A program made the translations under genes and the position numbers. The notes below the pieces were generated by a model. The model saw only the letters and a list, made by a program, of their open reading frames with translations, was not told the DNA's origin and ran no database searches. A stretch of DNA of 64,000 bases from Blasia pusilla (lineage: Eukaryota). Below, in pieces: positions 51,843-64,000 of this stretch; position 1 is the stretch's first letter, and each line of letters begins with the position of its first letter. The DNA lies in NCBI GenBank assembly GCA_050084515.1, contig CM114271.1, positions 13,454,001 through 13,518,000 on the forward strand. The letters are read 5' to 3'.

Positions 51843-54558
51843 TTGTGATCATGAGCCACTTAAGTGGTTGATGGAGTCCGAAACGCTTATAGGGAAGCTT
51901 GCAAGGTGGGATCTTTTGTTGCAGGAGTATGACTTCCAAGTGGTGCATAGACCTAAGACGCTCAACCAAGATGCAGATGGTTTGAGCCGTAACCCATGCC
52001 CGAGTCAGCGAGATGCGACTAGAGCTCGTTGGCATGATGAGAGTGATGAGGAGTTGGTACGAGGATGGCATGCGTCAGCCTATTTGGGCTTGTTGGCTAT
52101 GGAGAGCCAGATTGTGGAGACTTCGATGGCGAGGTCTGATGGAGAGTCCTTAGATCCACAGGCCGATGAGGAGACGAGACATTCACGACAATGGAGTGGT
52201 CTTGGAGTACCTGCGTAGTGGCAACGTCGCGAGCACAATGGGTTCTAGAGAGCGGGATCGGATCCTACAACGAGCCAGACGGTTCCGGTGGGAGGGCACA
52301 CATGTGTTGCGAGTGTGGGAGGATGGTAGAGTGCCTGTAGTGCCTCATCCTTCGCAGAGAGCACGTTTGGTGCGTCATGCCCACGAGGAGTTGGGTCATT
52401 TTGGAGTGAAGCGGACGTATAGCTTGCTCCATATTCAATATTGGTGGCGAGGCATGTAGATTGACGTTCAGCAGTTTGTTGCGAGATGCATGGTGTGTGA
52501 TCGAGTCCGAGCATCGTTCAATGCTCCAACTCCACAGTTGCATCCACTTTTGATCATGGGTTTAGGTTATAGATGGAGTTTGGATTTTGCAAGACCTTTG
52601 CCTTTGACGGAGCGCCATAGTCGTTATGTGTTGGTGATGGACGAGCACTTCTCAAAGTGGATAGAGTTGGTTGCATTGCCTGACAAAGCGAGTGAGGGAG
52701 TTGCGTATGCCTTCCTAGATCGAGTGTTGAGTCATTACGGAGCACCGGGTGAGGTGTTGACATACAAGGGTACAGAGTTCCACGGGGAGTTTCAGGCCTT
52801 GTGTGATCAAGCACTGATCGACCACCGCACTACTTTGCGAGATCATCATGAGGCGGATAGACTAGCAGAGCGGGTTGTGCAGACAGTGAAGAGAGGACTA
52901 CCCAAGTATGGCTTGCAGAGAGGTCACCTAGGAGATTGGGAGCTTCAGTTGTCGTGGTTGGCGATGGGATACAGATCCAGCAAGCAAGCATCCTTAACGT
53001 CTTTCTCACCGTACTTGTTGCTTTATGGCCGAGAGCCACATTTACCAGCGGCCATTCATCGAGATACGGATGAGGTGTTGAATCTTGATGACCTTGATGT
53101 ATGGATGCAAGCATGTTTTGAAAGGGCTAAGTTGTTTCGAAGAGTGATGTCCATGGCGTTTGAGAACTTGATGATTGCGCAACATCGGGATACGTTGAGG
53201 TATGCCACTATTTGGGGAGGTGGTTATCGACCTACTATCCAGAGGTTTCATCAGGGAGACTATTGTCTACTTGTAGGAGATGGCATCCTCGACGTTGGAT
53301 GTGACTGTAGGGCGCACCATCTTGAGAGTGCGTAAGGTTTTGCCATCCGGGGTTCTCTTATTGGAGGGACGTGATGGTATGGTTTGGAAGGACCATGTGC
53401 ATAATGTGCACCATGTCATCTTCCGAACATTGATGGTACAATTGATCCGTACTTAGCAATAGTTCCTATAGGCTTGCGGTGTATGTTGTGTGGTTCCGCC
53501 CGTGGTGCAGCCACTATGCTAGTCTGTGATGGGTGTTTGAGAGGATGGCATATGGCATGTTTGACACCACCTCTCACTAGGGTTCCTCAGGGCCGATGGA
53601 TGTGTCCTAGATGTACATAGAGTAGGCAGTTCTACATTCTAACTTGTGTCTGTGATGTGGATGACAAGAAGGCGACTAAAGATGGGGCCACATGAGCACC
53701 CGACCTTCTTGCTCTTAGCGTCCGAGAGATGTATGTCATGGTAGGTAGGGATAGATGGTTGTCTGGAGTTAGAGGGACCTAACCACAAACTAGGGGGCGA
53801 TTGGAGATATTTTGGTACTTCTTGTTTCGTTGTTTGACTGCCATGAGTTAGCATGGGATCGTGCGTGTTTGTGTGTGTGTGTTCGGTGACAACGATGTAT
53901 GTTGTGTAGCGGTGTGTATGCGCACGACAGTTATCACGTCTTTTAGGATAGTCGATGAGATCTACTAGATGCCTTTGTATGTAGTGAAGGACAGGCTCAG
54001 TAGGTCGAGGATGACCTGCTGAGGCCCTGAGAAACCTGAGAGATCAGGTTTTCCCATCTTTTCGGCTCATTTGGAGCCATATTGAGGAACTTACTATTTT
54101 AGGTAAGTACCATTTTGAGTATATGATCAATTTGCTGTTTTTGGTAAGTATCCCTTGACCTCCTACACATGAGGTCAAGAGCCAATGAGGTGACTTGGGA
54201 GCATAGGTTACCATGGAGAGAGCTTGGGAGAGGGGAGGGGTATACCTCAAGGAGAGAGAGCTTGAGAGCTCGTTCTCTCTTTGTTGAACCTCTTGGCATG
54301 AGGGGGCGGAGCTATGGTCTTGCTTGCCTTGTGTGTGTAACCCAAGCCTTTCATTAGGAGAGTGGGTTTGGTTTGACATTGAGAGACACATGTGAGAACT
54401 ATAATGTTGTGAGAGAGATTTGATCTTATTTTATTGGAGATATTTTGGTACTTCTTGTCTCGTTGTTTGGATGCCATGAGTTAGCATGAGATCGTGCGTG
54501 TTTGTGTATGTTCGGTGACAGCGATGTATGTTGTGTAGCGATGTGTATGCGTACGACA
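51843..54558 (+). mobile_element. 5'-truncated DNMT-Gypsy family copy (RNase H end, integrase, intact PHD, PPT, B-A-B)
   Basis: DHEPLKWLMES; HEELGHFG; WSLDF; PHD 53480-53620; PPT 53791-53800; B1 53800-53929, A 53932-54432, B2 54433-54558 ending in CA. Confidence 0.93.
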
Positions 54559-54899
54559 AGCATCATGAATGGTTCTTTAGCTCCCTTGCTATTTACCAAA
54601 GCCAAATTGAATTGTGTGCCCTCTAATTTTATTCAACTATCCTCTCCAAATAGGAATTAATATGAGATTTCAAAATATTTTACTCTTACAAGCCATGACG
54701 ACAATTCCACCTGAATATCCACCACTTTGTGCTTACATGCAGGTTGAAATAGCAAGCCATTTGGCCAAAAAACGTGCACGACTCCTAGTTCTACAACATC
54801 ACAAACTCAACAATCCCAACAGAAAACGATGTTTCTATAGCTCGTGGCCTCAAATGCACCAAATTTCTTCCACACAAAACTCAACCCAACTATATTCTA

Positions 54900-55092
54900 A
54901 ATTCTAAACCCTAAACTTACCCGAAATGGTAAGTTCCTACATATACCTCCAAATGAGCCCAACCCATGGGTAATTTGCACACTCATGTTGCCCAAGTCCT
55001 CATCAGGTCATCCTCAACCTCTTCAGACCAACATCCAACCTCCGTAGATACGTCGCACGGATACTTGTCATTCCACTACAAAAGACATGACA
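54900..55092 (-). repeat. Diverged relic of repeat A from a related family
   Basis: CTTACC.GAAAT.GTAAGTTCCT...CTCCAAATGAGCC...CAGGTCATCCTC.ACCTC...GACATGACA matches 19270-19447. Confidence 0.6.
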
Positions 55093-58000
55093 AAAACAAA
55101 AAAAAATTTAGGGGCTATGATGGATGGAGGAGGGACCTAAGGATGGTGAGTATGGTAGAATATGGTGGATTGATGAGAGATAAAGATGAGTATTGAATCC
55201 ACACAATGGAGATATGTGTCATGCGAATACACATCGGTGCCAACATACATCAGCTGTCATGCACACACATGTCTAAGATCCATCTAGCTATGAATCCTAA
55301 CATCTCTACACATGAACGATTGGACAACCCCAATATAAAGTTGAATATGCACTGTAAACTCTGATGAAATCCGCAATCAACCGTGCTACCATGACATATG
55401 GGAACGAGGCTCTTTCCAATATTACCACGAGGCGTAAGGAGTTTCACATCGTGTTGGAAATGAAGATTAGGCCGAAGGCTCGAGGGTTAGGTGACTTAGA
55501 AACGGGAAGCTCCAAGAGAACCCCACAGGAATATAGTGGGAGACTTCTCTCACTTATTATCTCCTCATGACTAGGGATTATAAACCAAATACACCTTTAA
55601 GGTTGTAAGTTAAAATATTATTCAAGGAGCACCTTGAGGGTAACCAACCACTCACGGACTTGGAGAAGTATGGTCAAACGTGAGGGGAAGAAAAGAGGTC
55701 TCAATAGAAAGCGGGTGATGGAAAACCCATCCAGAATTTTTAAAAAAAGGGGAAGAGGCTTTGTAGGAGACTAACTATCTTCCCAAGGGAGATTGGGTTC
55801 ACTTGATGCCGCCATGCCTCAATCTCGCTAAGTCTTTGAGAGCCAACCCAAGTCTTTCGCCGCACAAGGCTTTGGATGACCATCTCTTCCCACAATCACC
55901 CCAACTGAACATGGACCCCCTTGTCTCACTCTAAGGGACTCTAGCCCACATGACACCCCATTCCATACTAGGTCATGAAGCTTTAGGGTTAGGGCCCAAG
56001 CACAAAAAAAAGTCTCATCAGGTCATTTGTCCTCATGAGCATTGACCCTTCCAACCTCCACACCTCAAAACTTTCCTTCTAATGCTCAACTGAATTCTGT
56101 CTTGAATTGAATTCCGCAGGATCTGTAGCAACCAGTGCTTGGGATTGCTGCGCACTTCAGGTGCGGCCGAAAGCAGAGCAGTGCAGCAGAAAGAGAGGGA
56201 ATACAGGAGTTTCATGAAGGTATGGTGTCTTCGTCTCAGTGGAGGTTTCAGGCGCTCCCTGTCTGGAATTTTGCAAATTGACGCATTGGTCGTTTAGAAG
56301 AATGATAGGTGCGGTGAGCAGTTTCTAGTTCAATCGCGTTTGGATCCCGGAAGGTTTGGAGTCTTCGTCTGTGCTCTCTGGAGGTTTCAGGTGCTCGCTG
56401 CGTGGAGTTTTGCAGAAAATAGAGGGGAGTCTGGTGCTTAGTTTGAAATTGTGGCTAATTGATTACAAGCAGAATCTGGGTGAGCAGAGAGGAACCATCA
56501 AGATGAGCTAATGCAGGTCAATGAGCTCTGCGAGAACAGGGAAGCATGAGGCCAGCTCCTTTCCGGTGGCAGCAAGAGTGGATCCACTTTGCTACGTTTA
56601 GATCAAATGGTTTTCTTCTCTCTCCTGGCCATGTGAAGCGAAGCATCAGCATCACCATAGGCATTGAGCACAATTGCATTTCAAGCTTGCAGTTCGGCGG
56701 ACGCAGGTGTGACTTGAAACATCATCTACTGCTTTAGTGGAATTGTGGCAACCGTTAATAGCTGCAAGCGAGTGACGGTGAACTCTGGGCGGGCACCGGG
56801 TTATCATGGAAAATAAAAAGCGGGCCGTGAATTCCTGGAAGCATTTTAGGTTAGAATGATGTAGTCTCCTTGACATCCAATTGCAATTTTTGGTTCAGTG
56901 CCTAGATTAGAAGTGTTGTTTGTAAGATGTATGTGTCTCTCATATTGGAGACTGCAATTTGAGGTTGATCGCAGCGATTGCTGGGAGCGACAAAGATTTG
57001 AAGGACATGGCTCTCAGACAGGCGTTGGGTGAATCCCATGGAGAGCTCATGCGTGAAGATGCTATGCCTTGCTCTCGAATCACAGGCGCGTTGGCAGCTG
57101 CGGCATCTGTGGGTGGATTCATCTGCTCTTGGCCTCTTTGTGTCATATTCTACGGTCAGTTTTCGTTTCTATTACATACTCCCACCTGATCTGCCTGTCT
57201 GAGATCATCAACCATTCATTTATGTACATACTCTTCATGTTAGCTGTCATGTGGCAGTTAGTAGTCAAGCATAATGTCAGGAGATTCGGGGATAGTGCTT
57301 CTGTGCAATGCTGGTTTCCTGTGGTTTCTTGGGTGAAAGGGATTCAAGAATGTTACTTGTAGTCCTGTTTTGTGTCTCTTCAGGTGCTTGAAGTGTTCTG
57401 AAGGGGATGTCTTCTTTCTATACTTGGCCCATGGAATGAAAGTTAGGTATTGCACTTCATTTGTAGCCCCTGTCTCTGATCCAGTTCTTTCAGCTCCTTG
57501 GTAGTGCGACGACTGGGATTTCCTCATTGTGTGAATGCTTTACACCTACAAACCTCAACTTGCAATGGATAGACACTTGATTATTTGGTGTTTGCCAAAT
57601 TTCTCTTGAAGCCTTGCCAGTTTGATGTCCAGATGATGATTGCATGAGCTCCACCATCAAATAAGGAATCAACTTTTAGGATACTGGTCTTGATAAGTGA
57701 ACCTCATTCATCAACAGATTCTATACTAAAGGTTTGATGTACAATTGTGGATGTGCAAAAGGTCCTCGAATGACGAGACCCAGATTGTTGAGGTGGCAGT
57801 TGTGTGGGACTGTTGGCGCTGGAGCTGCCATGGCAGTTTATGCAAGACTCTGGGAACCTGCTTGTGAGCCACAAAACATTGCTGCATATGATAAGCCAAG
57901 GGCATAATGTCTGGCTCACAACCTTGTGAGCTTAATGTTGTGTTCACATGCTCCTCCAGTCTGGTTGTCGAGATCCATTGCCAAAAGGACAAGAATGACT

Positions 58001-58993
58001 TGTACGAAGGGATGGCAGAGATGGGAGAAAATTGTGGATGGGATACAAGCGGTTTCTTTGAATTGAACCTAGACAGTAAGACTCATTGTTTGACCTTCAT
58101 ACTCTTCCCCGCTGTACCAATCCAGAAGCCCAAAAGAAGCAAAATGCAGATATTCTTGTCCCCTTGCAGATGCTCTACAAACCTTCATAGATAACAAGAT
58201 TAGAAAATGGCTTCATTTGAGGCAGACTCCAGGTATCACACTACCCCAGGTAGTGAGGTGATAGTATTGGGAGTCTAGAATGTACTCTATGAGATGAGTC
58301 TTTGGTCATCAAAGTGAAACAAGTTTTCTCATTTTCAGGATAGCTGTTTGGAAAGATATTGTTTTGCCCCCATCTCCTATCTATGGGCAGTGGGTGAGAT
58401 ATTTTTGATGCGTTGTTGTGATTGTGTTTTAACTCTTCATGGCTGCAAGCAGACGATAGGGCATTTTGGCTCTGATACAGGAGAGTTATAAATGAAAGCG
58501 TGTGCCTTAGAGGTGATGCCATTTCCAACCGCTTTATTGTGTCGAATATGACTTTCGTCTATTTTTTTCTGTAAGTGGATGATGCCATCAGGTTAAATAA
58601 CTACAAATGCTTTGATTTTAAGTTGACAAAGTTCTTCACAAGAAGAAAGGGAATACAAATCTATATAATTGAAAGACATGTATATTTAATGGTCTCCTCC
58701 ATAAAACACGGACATTGGAGTTGAATTGACAATCGTCTTTAACAGATAATTAAATTGATGTCTTTTCTTACTATGATTTTCACCATGCATATCTATATAC
58801 TTAAAGGCTTATTTATGCATCTCTCATGTTTAAACTGACACATATATTATTTAACAATTGACAATTGTATTATTTAACAAGAGTCTTAACTATGATTTTC
58901 ACCCTTGCATAGCAAGAGCACTATGCTAATCCTCCCAAATTGAAGAATTTTTACTATCCGTCCATCGTGATAATGAAAACATCTTGAACTCAC

Positions 58994-59050
58994 CTGTATA
59001 AACATTCGCTCTGCATCGGGTCCCTTGCCTTGATCCTTTAGCAGCACACC
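58994..59050 (-). pseudogene. Isolated 57-nt exon, TPR-protein-like (GVLLKDQGKGPDAERMFIQ)
   Basis: Clean TTACAG acceptor and GTGAG donor, phase 0; resembles a C-terminal TPR segment of plant proteins. No partner exons found. Confidence 0.5.
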
Positions 59051-59992
59051 CTGTAAGAACAGAGTATCATAAAATTGCTGCGTAAGGAAGCTTCTGACTT
59101 TACTGCAAAATGCTACAAGTACAAAACATGAAGGTTTAAGTAGAAGGCAGAACGTGTACAGCAAGTGAAAGAAGACAATGATCCCATTGAGCGAGCCCAG
59201 TAAGATTTCTATAATGCCGAGAGCATCATAGGAAGCTTAGATTGACAGTGAGATTTTTATAATGCCGAGAGGATCATAGGAAAAGGAAAAAGCATCATAG
59301 ATTTAGGTAGTTACAAATGTTGAAGAGACACCAGCTTCATCAAGAACACTTCGAATCTTGGAAACGCTATTACTTCAGAAAGAATTTAAGAAGCAGGAAA
59401 GTAACCATCATCATCATTCTCTTACGAAGTTCTTACGCTGTAAGAATGGTTCGGGCAAGAGAGTAGTACCCTCTCGAGCTTGTATACACTTTGAAGCTTT
59501 CTCGTTCTTGATGGAGTAGTAAAGCACTCTTTCATTCATTTTGATGTGCGATGCTTATGTTTGAGTATTCTTTTTGGGTCTGCAGAGTGAAGAGTGAAAT
59601 CAGGCGAATCTTTCTCATCAATGGAATGATCAACATGTAGTTGTAGGAAATCTGTTTGACATAGAGTAGCATGCCGAGACGGATTGAGTTCCGAAAGTAG
59701 GAGAAGCCAACTTTCTTGTTGAGATCTCTATGAGGTTTCTTGATGTCGAGAGGAAACTTGCCTGAGCGTGATTTCAATTCCACTAGAGAGAATCGAGAAA
59801 GGAAACCTTGGTACTGAGAAAGATTTGAAGATATTGATGAGATACTGAATTTGAATTCTACAATCGCACGTACAACTATTACAAGATAATTGTAATTTTG
59901 AACCCTCTTTCCATCAAACAATGATCCTCTTGGGGTTCGAATCAGTTAAATTATTGTAAAAACCCTTATTCTTAACTTTCTTGTACATTACA

Positions 59993-60440
59993 GTCCGCCA
60001 TTCAAGGTTACCAGAGTTCCCTACCGAGGGACTTTTCATTGTTGGGGGCGCAGGACTTGGAGCGGGTAGGGACCATAGACTTGGTCATTGTTGCTTGGCC
60101 GTATCTAGGCCAATCGAGTGTTGGACGAGGTAGCGGGTTATTTTGGGAGATGATGCGGATCTTGCGACATTTACAGGAGCATCAGTCTCCTTCTCCAGCA
60201 TACAATTTGGAGAATGTGCCATTTTGGGCGATTCAAGGTCCTACGTGGTGAGGAGTGCACATCAGGTGCGTGCATGGATCGGCCCGGCAGTGTTGTTAGA
60301 TGGAGCGAGTGTGGGTTCACGAGCACATCGCCCGCGTCTTTGGCGGACCAACTTGGTACCACATGAGGTATTGCGGAGGGCTTATGCAAGAGTGGAGCGT
60401 CCCTCCGATTTGTTGGTAGATTCTATATTGGCTTCGGGCC
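59993..60440 (+). mobile_element. Isolated DNMT fragment (motifs IV-VIII) of the DNMT-Gypsy family
   Basis: GTIDLVIVAWPYLGQSS; YNLENVP; GSRAHRPRLWRTN; close nucleotide match to 23440-23900. Confidence 0.9.
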
Positions 60441-60859
60441 GAGAGCATCATAGGAAATCAGTGTCAATCTAAGCTTCGCTTCGTTGGACTTCTTGAGGAC
60501 AAAGCGCTCCATTCTTCGTTCTTGTTTCAGGTGCTTTGTGCTTCGCGTTTCGTGCAAGAGCGAAGTACTTCTTTCTCTTCCTCTTCATGCTTCGTTCAAG
60601 AGCGTAGCACTTCATAAAAAGGTTCTTAACAGTGCTTCGTTGTCTTATCCAACCTTCGCGTTGGTTCTTTATGCTTCGTTACTGCATTTCCCTCTTCTCT
60701 AAGGAAAATCCTTGATCTTCCATCTCTCTGCCTTGTCCTAGGAGCTTTGTGATTCACTTTCATCTTACTCATTCCTCCCCATGATAATATATAATAATCA
60801 AAATCATAATGTATATACAAGTCTTCGTTGAATGAAAAGATGTATTTCTTCAAAAGTAC

Positions 60860-63800
60860 AAAATTGTGGGTATCACAATTGCTCAGTTGGAGCAACGCCT
60901 TCAGGTTGTGACGGCCCAGCAGACATCTACATGAGTGTAGGGGGCGCGTCAACTTCCGAATCTGCTCAAGCCCAAGATATGGTGGGAGATCTAGGAGGTA
61001 TGGGAGTTTTGTGCAACACCGCACATGTGGATGCAAATGAAGTGGTTACGGTAGGGGCGGTGAGAGCTTCTGAGCCACGAGGATCCGATGTGGAGTTGGA
61101 TTCCCAGAGGGGAGAAGCTGGCACACACACTAGACTTCCCAAGTCTTTTAGATTGTCAGAGGCTCTTCAGACTCCATTGATGGTCCCTAGACGGCCTTTG
61201 AGGAGTGTTGTTGTCGCAGATGTCGATGCAGTGAGAGGAGCGGGTGAGGTGAGTATGTCTACCAGACCTATGCAGCCTTCGACATGGCCTAGTACTAGCA
61301 TGTTATGAAGATGGCAACGGCTTTGTGTAGCGTCCAATTATTTACGGCTAGAAATTTTTTGACATGTGGAGGTCGACCAGCTAGCCGCGACGCTCTGTGA
61401 GAGCGATGAGTTTGGTTCTTTTAGTGTTGAGACTCGCACATGAGATGTTGCAGACGTACCCTTAGAGCAAGTGTTTGGGACGAGAGCCACAGAGAGTTGG
61501 CATGCAGCAAGGGCTAGAGTGGCGGAGTTTCCAGCTAGACCAGCGATAGAGCGTGCAGCCATCTCACCAGGAGTTGTTGTCTTGGACAACCGAGATGGAA
61601 TTTTCCAGTTTTTTGGTCCATCCAGAGTCGTGTATCGACCGTAGAGAGTGCTACTTGATTCAGGAGCACAACCCCTTATGTTGGGGAAGGCAGCACGTGT
61701 AGCGATGGGATTGCAGAAGTGTGAGATCACTCCATGTCCATTCTAGATTCAGACTTCACTAGGAGGCACATGCCCGACATAGTTCATGACTCACGATGAG
61801 ATTACAGTGAGGATTCGGCCCAATCATCCTTCGAATAGTACGATGGTGCAGAAGAGAGCGGTTCTGACATCGGCCGAGTCTTATGATGTTTTGGTAGGGG
61901 CTACCATATTGTATCCTCTAGGATTCACACTTGAGTTTTGGGAGGAGACATCCTCCTATCGATCAGGTTGGCAGTTAGGTGAGGGACGAGCCAGTCAACT
62001 GCCCGTGCAGTTTGCAGGGAGACTTGAGGGTTCATTCCGAGGGTCGACCACAGCAGTTGCTACTTATTTTGGCACATTATGTTGGCCTGGATATTTCCTG
62101 GAGGGGAACGCCAATGCAGAGGATATTCTTGTAGATGATAGTCTTGAGGAGTGGCATGTGATGACGAGCGTGGCTACATCTGATGGCGATACTCCTTCAA
62201 ATTTTTGGGGGACGAGCATCGATTTGCAAAGGAGAGCAAAAATTTCGTGAGGAAGGCGTGGAGCCGAGAATATGCTTTAGAGCGAGACGTGACAGAGTTA
62301 CCACGTGCACTAGGAGTGGAGACGTTGACACCCTTGGACGTCACACCGATTGTGTGGTAGTATCCCGAGAAGGATGTACCTATACTAGATCTCTTTGGAG
62401 GGATTAGTACAGCGTTGGCTGCAGTGTTGCAAGCCGGAGTACGAATACAGCAGTACTTGTATGTTGAGAGTGATGAGACTGCATGTAGAGTCTCATTACA
62501 TCATGTGTCGAGACTAGTCCGGAAGTATCCTCAGTTCCTGCCAATGTTTGTAGGTAAGGGATATCAACATGTATTGTCGACCGACATTTTGTTGTTGGGG
62601 GCACGAGATCTGGATAGGGTTGGTCCGATACACTTGGTGGTGGCAGGGTGGCCATATCAGGGTCATTCTTCGGCGGGTCAGGGACTTGGTTTGCAGGACC
62701 CGAGATCGGCCATGTTTTGGGAGATGTTGCGTGTTCTTTGTCACTTGCAGACTATCCAACGATGTTCTGCAGCTTACATTTTGGAGAACGTCCCATTGTT
62801 AGGTAACACTCGAGCCCGAGTGATGGTGAGTGTACATCAGGTGCGGTTGTGGATAGGACCGGCGATGATGTTGGATGCGGCGAGTGTTGGATCACACACA
62901 CAACGTCCACAGTTGTGGTGGACAAACCTTTTATCATCCGAGTTATTGAGGCGGACTTATGATGGAGTCCAGAGACCATCACTTCTTACAATGGATGCGA
63001 TCTTGGATCTAGGGCGGCGATCTCAGGTTGTTACTTGTGATGATATACCACCGTTGGCAATGGCCAATCGGGTGGGCCAGCATAGGGCAACATTTCCTAC
63101 GTTGGTGAGTTTCCCGTCATCTCATGCTTTTTGTTAGGGAGGACCAGGCATGATATGGGATGAGCAGGCAGGTACACTGGTGGAGCCCAACGCCGACGAG
63201 CGAGAGCGAGCTATGGGGTTCTCTAAAGGTATGATGGTGGTGCCTATGATGGTAAAGGCATCCTGCAGACAGGTATTGGGTTAGGCTATAGACCTGAACT
63301 ATCTTACTTGGGTGTTCAGTCTCAGTTTGGCCGAGCAGAGATGGATGCGAAAGGCGTATGTGACATTAAGTCCACTTTGCAACGCAGCATCTACCGGGAC
63401 GGGTGAGATATTGGCTGGGGGCGCAATGGTGATGGAGAGGCATCCATGGACTTCATGGGATATGTCACGAGAGCACAAAGAGATGGGAGCTCATTTTGCT
63501 GATGCAAGACATAGTTGAGTGCCTAGAGAGTTGGTGTTTGAGTTGGGAGTGCATGTTGTTGCTCCAGAGGTTGCTAGTCAGCAACCACCACCCTCCTCTT
63601 CTCCAGAGGTCACGAGAGAGACTTCGGAGCCATTGATTGGTCCTAGGTTGACAAGGGCGGAGAGGAGATGAGTGTTGTAGTTCTTGTGGAGATTCAAGGA
63701 TTGTTTTGCATATAGTATGCACGACTTGGGTATGCTAAAGGGTCCAAGGATTCGGATCGAGTTGGATAGTGATACTCTTATCTTCCGACCACCCTACATA

Positions 63801-63890
63801 TATTCTGACATGGAGCGAGCCTTGATTCAGAGTAGAAGTGGAGACTTGGCTGACGTTGAACTGGTGGAGAGATTTCTTGGAGAGTATTGT
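60860..63890 (+). mobile_element. Diverged DNMT-Gypsy subfamily copy: end of Gag, protease, DNMT, start of RT
   Basis: VLLDSGAQPLMLGK at about 61650; DNMT about 62375-63310 (ILDLFGGIST, VVAGWPYQGHS, YILENVP, TQRPQLWWTN, EPNADERERAMGF, QVLG*AIDLN); FAYSMHDLGMLKGP at 63700. Confidence 0.92.
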
Positions 63891-64000
63891 CACATCTGAG
63901 TAGCCGATAGGCCGAGATCTATCGTGGATGGGGCATAGGAGCCATCGGACTATCTTGAGTGTAACTTTGTCCCACGGTGTCAGATGAGGTTGAGGATAGG

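Overview
Eukaryotic DNA, most likely from a non-seed land plant (bryophyte-like; inferred from the H2A.Z sequence, GT-AG introns and TE types, species not determinable here). A small gene island at about 37.2-50.9 kb holds a multi-exon gene with two tandem SET/Rubisco-LSMT modules and a convergent histone H2A.Z gene; the rest is nested, decayed transposons. The main discovery is a Ty3/Gypsy-type retrotransposon family: one near full-length copy at 18816-29101 (minus strand) and at least five partial copies. Its polyprotein reads Gag - protease - C5 DNA cytosine methyltransferase (DNMT3-like) - RT - RNase H - DDE integrase - PHD finger. Its termini are not ordinary LTRs but split direct repeats (A...B-A-B), with the B-A-B block seen in three separate copies and no evident tRNA primer site. 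Other TEs carry further chromatin- or DNA-acting cargo: a 6.9-kb insertion with a 9-bp target duplication (ParB-like plus degenerate amino-methyltransferase-like protein, over 20 copies of a 29-bp palindrome), a relic stand-alone SET domain, and a CACTA element with a captured S1/P1 nuclease exon. All TE reading frames are interrupted. Domain calls rest on motifs read by eye, not on database searches.
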